Shown: piece after piece, positions 7,673 through 15,290 of the stretch | Numbering within the stretch: position 1 is the first letter of the stretch | How the letters are laid out: the number at the start of each line of letters is the position of its first letter | NCBI GenBank assembly: GCA_038153405.1 | Contig: JAYOYH010000079.1 | Coordinates: 1-17,176, forward strand | Direction: 5' to 3' | Length of the DNA stretch: 17,176 nt | Origin: Gemmatimonadota bacterium | Lineage (GTDB): Bacteria; Latescibacterota; UBA2968; UBA8231 | Notes under the pieces: model-generated | The model's input: the letters and a program-made list of their open reading frames with translations, nothing else | Told to the model about the DNA's origin: nothing | Databases searched by the model: none | Position numbers and translations under genes: made by a program

Positions 7673-9412
7673 GTGTTATTGGGGCGATCTCTACATCATG
7701 GATTTTTGGTCATTGGTTTTCTGCTCTTCGCGCTCTTATCTGCGGGATGCTCAGAACCCGTAGCCCAACTGCCGGTCGGTTCGGTCGCGCGGATCGATAG
7801 TACCTTGATTGAAGCCGACTACGTTCGCGCGTTTGTCGAGCGCATAGCGCCTGGTCTGCGCTCGACAAACACAGGGAACGATGCGCGGCGAGACTATCTG
7901 CGCAGCGTGCTGGCTCGGCACCTGTTGGAAATGGAAGCACGTGCGCGCGGGTTGCACGAGGACGAGGTGATACGCACCGAATTTCGCCGGCTGTGGCGCC
8001 AGCGCTTGATAGAGGCTTATCGCCGCCAAATACTCCCCGGCGAAGTAGAGATCAGCGACGAGGAAATTCGCGCCTACTTCGTCGAGAGCGGTCTGAATCG
8101 CCGCCGTCAGATGGCCGGTATTCTCGTAGAAGACGAGGCGCTGGCGCAGCGCGTCAGCCAAGAGCTGGCCGCCGGTGCCGATTTTGGTCAGATGGCTCGT
8201 GCGCACAGCATTGACGAGCGCTCGCGCGAGCAGGACGGCGTGCTGGGCTTTATCGATCTGCTTGAAGCGCGTCGCTTGCAGGTTCCCGATGCGCTTTTTC
8301 GCGACTGGCCTGCCGGAAAGATTTCCGACGTTCTGCCGATGGGGCGGCGCTTTCAGCTCATTCGCTTTGGGCCGGAGCAGCCGGTGCCCTACCAGGAGCG
8401 CCGCGCGGATATTTACGAGCTGCTCTACGGGCAGAAGTTCGGCGAGTTAGAAGAGCGCGAAGTCCAGCGCTTGGAGCGCAGGCTCGATCTGAAAATGGTG
8501 CCGCAGGGATTGGCGTTGCTGCTCGAAAAAGGCGATCTCTACACGCGCTTACGCAGTGAACAGCTCTCCGGGGAAGAGCACCAAGTAGCGTTGTTCACCT
8601 ATAAGGGTGGTCAGATTACGCTGGGCGACTACGTGGAGATTTTGAGTCGAGATATGCGCTCGCTGTCGGGTTGGGGGCTGAGTGACGAAGCGGAGGTGCG
8701 CGAGGTGGCCAGCGAACTAGTCTTGACGCAGGTCATGCTCTTCGAAGGTGCGAAGAGGGCGGGCATTGCCGATCGGCCCGCTGAAAAAGCGTGGGCGGAG
8801 AACACGCAGCGGCGGCTGTTGATTGAGGAGTTGCGCAAGCGCGAGATCGTCGATCCGCTGCTCGTAACGCGCCAGGAGGCCAGAAATTACTACGATGAGC
8901 ACGCAGAGCTGTTTGTGGAATCCGACGAGTATATTCTGGTGGAACTATTGGTCGACGACCAAGAAAAGGCCCGTGCGCTGCGCCAGCAGATCGACGAGGG
9001 CGAGACGATTTCCTCTTTGGCCCAGCAGCACACGCAGCGCGCCGATACCAAGGAGGAAGCGGGTCTCATGCATATGGGCGACTACGAGCGCCTGGCCATG
9101 CCGGAGTTGCACAAGGCCGTGACGCAGGCCGAGAAGGGCCAGGTCGTTGGACCCGTGAAGGTCAGGGAGGGCTATAGCTTGTTCAAGGTCATGGATCGCC
9201 AGATCGGTAAGCTGAAACCCTTTGACGAGGTCGAGCGCAAAGCCCGTGCGCTGGTGCGCGCCGAAAAGAAAGAAGTGCAGTTTGAAGATTGGATCGACCA
9301 ACTGATGGAAAAGTACGCAGAGCGTATCGTCGTATCGGAGGAAGCGTTGGTTGGTGCGCTGCCCGATACGTTCTTGACGCGTTTGGCCGTTGGCGATGGG
9401 AGCGATAAATAA
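7673..9412 (+). CDS. Lipoprotein foldase/chaperone with two parvulin (PpiC-type) PPIase-like domains, PrsA/SurA-like
   Basis: Start reassigned to GTG 7673 (GGGAGG 7662-7667). Lipobox LSAG-C with Cys at 7748. Duplicated architecture with ISDEEIRAYF...GADFGQMARAHSID...GVLGFI...GKISDVL and VTRQEARNYY...GETISSLAQQHT...GQVVGPVKVREGYSLFKV...KPFDEV. Confidence 0.85.
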   Translation: MLLGRSLHHGFLVIGFLLFALLSAGCSEPVAQLPVGSVARIDSTLIEADYVRAFVERIAPGLRSTNTGNDARRDYLRSVLARHLLEMEARARGLHEDEVIRTEFRRLWRQRLIEAYRRQILPGEVEISDEEIRAYFVESGLNRRRQMAGILVEDEALAQRVSQELAAGADFGQMARAHSIDERSREQDGVLGFIDLLEARRLQVPDALFRDWPAGKISDVLPMGRRFQLIRFGPEQPVPYQERRADIYELLYGQKFGELEEREVQRLERRLDLKMVPQGLALLLEKGDLYTRLRSEQLSGEEHQVALFTYKGGQITLGDYVEILSRDMRSLSGWGLSDEAEVREVASELVLTQVMLFEGAKRAGIADRPAEKAWAENTQRRLLIEELRKREIVDPLLVTRQEARNYYDEHAELFVESDEYILVELLVDDQEKARALRQQIDEGETISSLAQQHTQRADTKEEAGLMHMGDYERLAMPELHKAVTQAEKGQVVGPVKVREGYSLFKVMDRQIGKLKPFDEVERKARALVRAEKKEVQFEDWIDQLMEKYAERIVVSEEALVGALPDTFLTRLAVGDGSDK

Positions 9413-12060
9413 TGGCGACGAATCGGCGGACTCTCAGCGCTTTGATCGGCCTTGCACTCCTCGTTTTTGCGACGCCCCCGCTGGCCCAGTCGCGTGGCTA
9501 CAGCCTGCGCGCCGATCGAGTGGAGACGAGCAGCAGCGCGCACTGGCAGGCGTGGGGCTTTCCCGGCGACATGGTCGAGGTCGATGCGGACGGTGCGATC
9601 CGCTCGCGCTTCGTGCGCGGCCCGTACAATGCGCTGTCCGATGCGGGCCAGTATAACCATGCCATTGTCAGCAATGTGCGCAGTCAGTACAACAACGCCT
9701 TTGATCTGGACGGTGAACTGCGCACGCGCGGCGGCATCAAGCAGGCTCCGTCGAACCCCAACTTGGCCGCGCGCATCATGGACGGGGACGAGGCGACGTT
9801 CTGGGAGCCCAACCCGAACGATCCGCTGAGCAATTGGGTGTTGGAAATCGACTTGGGCCGCCTAGTATCGGCGAGAAAGGTCGTTCTGCGCTTCGCCGAA
9901 GAAGGCGATCCCTTTCTGCAGTTCAGGGTGCACTCGGCCGGCGGCCAGAACCCCTTTGGCACGGCGGATCGCAGCGGCGCGCTCGACTACGTATTGGTCG
10001 GTGGCACGACGCAGCCCAATCGCGACCAGCGGCTGTTCGAGTTCGACCTAGATCCCATCGGACCCCATTCAGACGGTTGGACGGGACGCATGGTGCAATA
10101 CGTGCGCATTGCGGTCACAGACACGCGCGCCGACCGCGCCGAAGAAGTTTCTGCAGAAGCGTACCAAGCGATGCCCGCCGGCGAGCGCGGAGCCGTCGAA
10201 TATATCTGGCGCATCGCCGACGAAGAGCGTTTGGTAAGCGAAGAGCGCTACGGACAGCTCACGGCGAACGAACAGGGCGGCATTCGCTACTTTCGCCGCG
10301 AATTGCCGCGCTTGGCCGAAGTCGAGGTCCAGACCGTTGGCGAGAATATCTCGCTGGGGCTCATAGGGCGCGGCGGCAGCTTGCACGACGTCAACCCCAA
10401 CGCCTCGCCGGAACTGGCCTTCGACGGCAATATGAGCAGCGAATGGTCCGGTGTGGTGTACGACATAACCGGTGAAACGGTCGAGTGGGGTTTGCTCAAC
10501 GTCGATCTGGGCGCTCACTTCCGCGTCAACGCCGTGCGCCTAGTAACGCGCCTGCTCGACGGAGGTGGCCGCGTGCTCTACGGCTATTTGCTGCGCGGTT
10601 CGGATGGAGCGCGCGCGCCAGACGGCAGCTTTATCTGGGAAGATTTGAGCGGCGAAGACCGCTTGCTCAACCAGAACACCCGGCTTTTTGAAGACCGCTT
10701 CGATTCGCGCGTCCTGCGCTTTTTGGAATTTCGCAACTTGGATATTGCCCGTCGCACGCTGGCTCATCTGGGCCACCGCGTTCCCAGCGTAGTCACCGAA
10801 ATAGAGGTCTACGCCGAGGGTTATTTGCCGAGGCTGGAGATGCAGTCCGGCCTCATCGATCTGGGCGCGGCCAAAAACCTGACGACAATAGACTGGCAGG
10901 CCGATCTGCCGCCCGGCACGGCGGTGGAAATTCGCACGCGCAGCGGCGATGATTTGCGCGAGGTCAAGAGCTACTTCAAGGCCGACGGCACGCAGGTGGC
11001 TAACGAAGAGGAATACAATAAGCTGCCGACGTTTTTCCAGGGCGAAGTACAAGTCGAATTGCAGCCGGGTCAGGGCTGGAGCAGCTGGAGTCAGGCCTAC
11101 GATGCGCCCGGCGCGCGCGTTCTTTCGCCCAGTCCGCGCCGCTACATGATGGTGCAGGCACGCCTCTTTAGCGACGCGCAAGACGCCGTGGCCACGCTGC
11201 GCTCCATCCAAGTTCACTTCACCCTGCCACTGGCCGAGCGCATCGTAGGTGAGATCGAGCCCAAGCAGGAGGTGCCCATTGGCGTGCCGGCGGAATTTGA
11301 GCTCTTTGTGCGTCCGTCGTTTGCCGCGCGCGATTCGGGTTTCGATCGCGTGCGCGTCGTGGCACCCTCGCGGGCGGCCATGCATTTGACCCGCGTAGAT
11401 CTGGGGCGCGCGAGCGAGTTGGCGGCGGCCATCGGCGATGGCTACGCCCGCCGCGATGACGGTGCCCTGGTCGATGCAGCGGGTGAGATACTGACGGTGA
11501 GCGGCCAGGGCACAGACTCGCTCTTTATCGAACTGCCCGAGGTCCAGCAGCGCGGTGGAGCAGAAGTGCTGCGTCTATCGTTTTCATCGACCGTGTATCA
11601 AAGCGGATCGACCTTTGCCGTCGAAGTGGGCAATTCGCAGAACCCGGACAACTGGCAAAGCGTGGATCCGGGCGAAGGCGTTGGCGACGAGCTGGCGGTG
11701 GGGGAAGGGCTTACGGTTCTGACGCCCTTAGACAGTCGCATGATCAAGATGATTGCCAGTTCTGCTCTACTGACGCCGAACGGAGACGGCATAAACGACG
11801 AAGCGGCTTTTGAATTTGCCGTGCTCAAGGTTAACGCCGCGCGTTCCGTACGCGTATCGCTCTTCGATCTTAGCGGCCGGGCGATACGCCGCATCGAGGA
11901 GAGTCGAGGGTTGGCCAACGGGCAGTACAGCCTGCGCTGGGACGGTCGCGATGAGGGGGGTGAGCTGGTGCCTCCAGGGCTATATATGGCCCGCATCGGC
12001 GTCGATAGCGACGGCGAACATAGCAGCGATGTCAGTCGGATTGTGGGCGTAGCCTACTAG
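9412..12060 (+). CDS. Secreted protein, paralog C: two discoidin-like domains, conserved central domain, C-terminal FlgD-Ig/T9SS type-B-like domain
   Basis: 882 aa. The ATG overlaps the upstream stop (TAATG at 9410-9414). Signal peptide ends PLA|QS. Two repeats: MDGDEATFW...IDLGRLV...LAEVEV and FDGNMSSEW...VDLGAHF...VTEIEVY. Also TRSGDD, GWSSW, PSPRR and LTPNGDGIND...WDGRDEGG..VPPGLY...VGVAY. Confidence 0.88.
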   Translation: MATNRRTLSALIGLALLVFATPPLAQSRGYSLRADRVETSSSAHWQAWGFPGDMVEVDADGAIRSRFVRGPYNALSDAGQYNHAIVSNVRSQYNNAFDLDGELRTRGGIKQAPSNPNLAARIMDGDEATFWEPNPNDPLSNWVLEIDLGRLVSARKVVLRFAEEGDPFLQFRVHSAGGQNPFGTADRSGALDYVLVGGTTQPNRDQRLFEFDLDPIGPHSDGWTGRMVQYVRIAVTDTRADRAEEVSAEAYQAMPAGERGAVEYIWRIADEERLVSEERYGQLTANEQGGIRYFRRELPRLAEVEVQTVGENISLGLIGRGGSLHDVNPNASPELAFDGNMSSEWSGVVYDITGETVEWGLLNVDLGAHFRVNAVRLVTRLLDGGGRVLYGYLLRGSDGARAPDGSFIWEDLSGEDRLLNQNTRLFEDRFDSRVLRFLEFRNLDIARRTLAHLGHRVPSVVTEIEVYAEGYLPRLEMQSGLIDLGAAKNLTTIDWQADLPPGTAVEIRTRSGDDLREVKSYFKADGTQVANEEEYNKLPTFFQGEVQVELQPGQGWSSWSQAYDAPGARVLSPSPRRYMMVQARLFSDAQDAVATLRSIQVHFTLPLAERIVGEIEPKQEVPIGVPAEFELFVRPSFAARDSGFDRVRVVAPSRAAMHLTRVDLGRASELAAAIGDGYARRDDGALVDAAGEILTVSGQGTDSLFIELPEVQQRGGAEVLRLSFSSTVYQSGSTFAVEVGNSQNPDNWQSVDPGEGVGDELAVGEGLTVLTPLDSRMIKMIASSALLTPNGDGINDEAAFEFAVLKVNAARSVRVSLFDLSGRAIRRIEESRGLANGQYSLRWDGRDEGGELVPPGLYMARIGVDSDGEHSSDVSRIVGVAY

Positions 12061-13609
12061 CCGTCAGGGTGACGACATCGTCGTAGAGCCGTCGCTCGCT
12101 GCCCTGGTAGGAGCCGTCTGCGGCAAAGAGCGGAAAGACGTATACGGGTTTGAGCGTGGCCTGCCAGCGCCCATCGGCAAGCGGTTGTACATCGACTTCC
12201 AAATGACCATAGTGCTTTCCACCGTCGACGAGCCCGCCGTCGCTCCAGCGCTCGGGAGCGTGCGTGTGCGCGAGAAAGGCCTGCTGTGGATTGACTAGGT
12301 CCTGTTGAGGGCCGCGCAGTCCATCGCCGCCGATGCCTATATCGTAAAAGTGCACAGTGTGCGGCACCTGCTCACCGCTTTTGACCACTTCCATCCCATC
12401 CACTTCGGAGCGCTCCCACATTTCATCGTGTCCGGCCAGTACGGCGTCGACTCCATAGCGCAGAAAGAGGGGCGTTAGGGCGCGCACGGGCACGCCCGAC
12501 TGCGCGTCAAAGCCCTCACCTTGCCCCGGTGGCCAGCCGTGTGGCCCGACTGAATAGGGCGTGTGATGAAACATCACGAAGGTGAAATGGCGCGTGCGCT
12601 GCGCGTCGTCCAGCTGCGCTTCGAGCCAGGTGTACTGCTGAGATCCGGGTCCGAAATCAGGGGCGTGGCCGCCGCCTTCGTCGTCCTCTCCCAACAGGAA
12701 GAAGTTGGTGTCGCCGGCCGATTGGTGCGGACTGCCGTTGGCCACGTCCAGCCCGATCAGGGCGATGGGGCCGTAGTCAAAGCGATAGTAGCGGTTTTGC
12801 TGCTGCGGATTGTTTGAGCCGTTGGCGGGGAATTCAAAATAGCTACAGAAGCGCCCAATGGCCCGCTCGGAACCGGGCTGGTCGTAGCGGTCTAGATAGG
12901 GGCCTTCGTAGTACTCGTGATTGCCCGGTACCGCTAGAAGGGGCACGCGGCTAGCCAAGCTATTCTCGCCGTTTTCCGCCGTGATATGCCGCCAAAACTC
13001 ATCCCAATCGCGCTGTTCGCCGCCCGATTCAACCAGATCGCCGGCAATGGCGATAAAATCGGGTTGGCGACTGGCGATGACCGCCAGGTTGGCCGCGTAG
13101 CCGTCGGTCTGGTCGAGCGGGTAGAGCCGTTTTCCATCGCGATTGGGATCGGCCCAGTCGGCGCGTTTGCCAGTCGATTCGGGTTCGGTCTCGCTGTCGC
13201 TAAAGGCGATAAAGCGGATGGGCTGGTCGACGAGCGGCGCCGTGGCGAAGGCGGCGCTAAAGACGGAGGCGCCCTGTTCCACAGTGTAGGTGTAGGTCGT
13301 CGCCGCCTGCAGGTTTTCCAAGCGCAAGCGGTGGCGAAAGGGCGCGGCCGGGGCCTGTCCACCAAAGAAGGTCGTGTCTTCCCAGGTCGTATACGCCAGC
13401 GCATCGGCGCGCTGCGGCGCGGAGTCCAGTGCGGATTCCATGGTTGAACCCTGCGCGCGGTAGGTCAGTTTCCCCGGCGTCTGCGCGTCGGAAAACCACA
13501 GGATCGTCGCGCCGTTTGTCGCGGCGTTTTGGACGTAGGGAACGATGCGGAAATCGGCGCCTAGGGCGAGCCCAGGAAGCAAGACGGCCAGTGCGAAGAG
13601 TAGGAGCAT
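12032..13609 (-). CDS. Secreted calcineurin-like metallophosphoesterase with N-terminal FN3/purple-acid-phosphatase-like domain
   Basis: Motifs FSDSE, AGDLVE, VPGNHEY, FHHTPYS and VLAGHDEMWER. N-terminal HRLRLENLQAATTYTYTV is FN3-like, preceded by a hydrophobic signal peptide. Start uncertain: ATG 13609, TTG 13618 or GTG 13639. Confidence 0.88.
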   Translation of the reverse strand: MLLLFALAVLLPGLALGADFRIVPYVQNAATNGATILWFSDAQTPGKLTYRAQGSTMESALDSAPQRADALAYTTWEDTTFFGGQAPAAPFRHRLRLENLQAATTYTYTVEQGASVFSAAFATAPLVDQPIRFIAFSDSETEPESTGKRADWADPNRDGKRLYPLDQTDGYAANLAVIASRQPDFIAIAGDLVESGGEQRDWDEFWRHITAENGENSLASRVPLLAVPGNHEYYEGPYLDRYDQPGSERAIGRFCSYFEFPANGSNNPQQQNRYYRFDYGPIALIGLDVANGSPHQSAGDTNFFLLGEDDEGGGHAPDFGPGSQQYTWLEAQLDDAQRTRHFTFVMFHHTPYSVGPHGWPPGQGEGFDAQSGVPVRALTPLFLRYGVDAVLAGHDEMWERSEVDGMEVVKSGEQVPHTVHFYDIGIGGDGLRGPQQDLVNPQQAFLAHTHAPERWSDGGLVDGGKHYGHLEVDVQPLADGRWQATLKPVYVFPLFAADGSYQGSERRLYDDVVTLTASRLRPQSD

Positions 13610-13622
13610 AGCCCTCAATATA

Positions 13623-14408
13623 CTAGCCGTATGCTCCACTGGGCAAAAAACCCAATAGCACCCGCAGGCGCTCGTCGGCGTTTGCGTAGACGTGCTCGGG
13701 CATCTGGTAGTTCATAAAGGGCGCGTACTTGTGGCCGATCAGGCGGCGCGCGTAGCTGATTTGCGTCATGTAGCGCGTGCGCTGGCTGTCGTTGGGGCCG
13801 CCGCGATGCCAGACCTGGTTGTTGAACATCACCACAGATCCGGCTGGTCCCAAGCACGATGCGACGTGGGCCTCATACGGCGTGCCTTCTATCGGGTTGG
13901 GTGGACTGGCGCCAAATAGGTGGGAACCGGGAATGCACTGGGTTGGTCCGTGTGCGACCTCATCGACGTCGGTCAAGTAGTAGTTGGCGGTGAAGAGCAG
14001 CACGGGCAGGCGCACGTTGCTGGGCGGCTCGCCGTGCGTGACGATGTAGTGCGAAGGATCGTCTTGGTGCCAGGTGCTCAGGCCGCCGCCGGGCGGCGTG
14101 CGGAAGCTGTTGTTGTGCACGACGTGCGTCGTCGTGGCGATCAGCGCCTCGGCAAAGGTGGCGATCGGCTCTATGTCAAATAGCGATAGGTTGGCGCTGC
14201 TGCGCTCGAACATGCGCGGCCGCAATTCGATGGCTCCGCCGGGCGGTGGTGGGTTTTCAGCCAGTGCGTCGTCCAGGTCGTCGCGCAGCGTGGCGACGAG
14301 GTCGGGAGGAAGCACGCTGCGCAGAAATAGAAATCCGTCCCGGTGAAATTGCTCAACCCATTCTGCAATTTGACGCTCGTCAGCCGTGATCATCGATCTA
14401 TTCGCCAT
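13623..14408 (-). CDS. Phytanoyl-CoA dioxygenase (PhyH) family Fe(II)/2-oxoglutarate dioxygenase
   Basis: FHRDGFLFL, WHQD (HxD), YYLTDV...GPTQCIPGSH, GPAGSVVMFN..VWHRGGPN...R. Start reassigned to ATG 14408 (MANRSM, AGAAGG upstream), which removes the overlap with the divergent gene. 261 aa. Confidence 0.9.
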   Translation of the reverse strand: MANRSMITADERQIAEWVEQFHRDGFLFLRSVLPPDLVATLRDDLDDALAENPPPPGGAIELRPRMFERSSANLSLFDIEPIATFAEALIATTTHVVHNNSFRTPPGGGLSTWHQDDPSHYIVTHGEPPSNVRLPVLLFTANYYLTDVDEVAHGPTQCIPGSHLFGASPPNPIEGTPYEAHVASCLGPAGSVVMFNNQVWHRGGPNDSQRTRYMTQISYARRLIGHKYAPFMNYQMPEHVYANADERLRVLLGFLPSGAYG

Positions 14409-14464
14409 GCGCGGCCTTCTTTTATACCTTAATTTGCAATAATGAAGAATGAAAGGATATCGCC
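14409..14464. promoter_or_regulatory. Short AT-rich divergent intergenic region between the PhyH and DsbA-like genes
   Basis: 56 bp, strongly AT-rich relative to its flanks. Contains SD-like elements for both genes (GAAAGGA on +, AGAAGG on -). No convincing -35/-10 pair. Confidence 0.45.
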
Positions 14465-15274
14465 ATGCCCACGCTAGCAAGCTTTGCGGCTTTTGCCGCT
14501 TTTTTTGTAGCCGGTTGTGCGCCGAGCGCCGAGCAAATTAAGCATCTTTTGGCGGAGAATCCAGAGATACTTACCGATGTGATAAGAGAAAATCCACAGG
14601 TGGTATTTGACACTATCGAGAAAAACCCGGAGCGGTTTATGGCCGCGGTCAACGCGGCGGCTCAGGTTGCGCGCGCGCGCGCGCAGGCCGAAGAGGAGCG
14701 CCGCGAAACGGAGCAGCGCGAGGTCGAATTCGATAATCCTAAGCAGCCCGAACTAGCCGTTGGTCGCGTGTACTGGGGTCAAGCGCAGGCGCGCATTACC
14801 ATCGTCGAGTACTCGGATTTTGAGTGCCCCTACTGCGCGCGCGGCTACCGCACCGTAAAAGAGCTGATGGCCGAGTATGGCGACGATGTGCGATTGCTCT
14901 ACAAGCACCTGCCGCTGGAAATGCACGAAGGCGCCCTGCCGGCGGCACTTTACTTTGAGGCCATAGCGCTACAGTCGGACAGCGCGGCGCGCCAATTTCA
15001 CGATGCGCTCTACGAAAATCAGGGACAGCTGCGCGCGCAGGGAACGGCGTGGATGGATGAGGTGGCGCGCGGCTTGGGGCTCGATATGGCGCGCCTGCAG
15101 GTCGACGTCGAGTCGGACGCTGTGCGGAGGCGAGTCGAAGCAGATATGGAGGAAGCCGCCTCGTTTGGCTTTACCGGCACGCCCGGCTTTCTGATCAACG
15201 GTGTATCGCTAAAGGGGGCCTATCCGGCGTCGGCTTTTAGAACGATTATCGATCGCCAATTGGGCACCCCATAG
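14465..15274 (+). CDS. DsbA-family thioredoxin-fold lipoprotein (Com1/BdbD-like)
   Basis: IVEYSDFECPYC active site, YKHLPL, and FTGTPGFLING cis-Pro loop. Lipobox VAG-C. N-terminal LAENPEIL helical segment typical of Com1/ScsC-like DsbA proteins. SD GAAAGGA. Confidence 0.92.
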   Translation: MPTLASFAAFAAFFVAGCAPSAEQIKHLLAENPEILTDVIRENPQVVFDTIEKNPERFMAAVNAAAQVARARAQAEEERRETEQREVEFDNPKQPELAVGRVYWGQAQARITIVEYSDFECPYCARGYRTVKELMAEYGDDVRLLYKHLPLEMHEGALPAALYFEAIALQSDSAARQFHDALYENQGQLRAQGTAWMDEVARGLGLDMARLQVDVESDAVRRRVEADMEEAASFGFTGTPGFLINGVSLKGAYPASAFRTIIDRQLGTP

Positions 15275-15290
15275 CGCCGCTGCAGGTGCG

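Noticed and set aside
14665..14684. Run of alternating GC (GCGCGCGCGCGCGC) in the DsbA-like gene
   Set aside because: It encodes ARARA in frame within a helical linker, and there is no sign of a frameshift or phase variation.
14465..15274. DsbA-like protein as the oxidase for the secreted cluster
   Set aside because: By my reading the mature regions of paralogs A-C, the barrel and the TWGQIK protein contain no cysteines, so they need no disulfide catalyst. The gene is also in a separate transcription unit.
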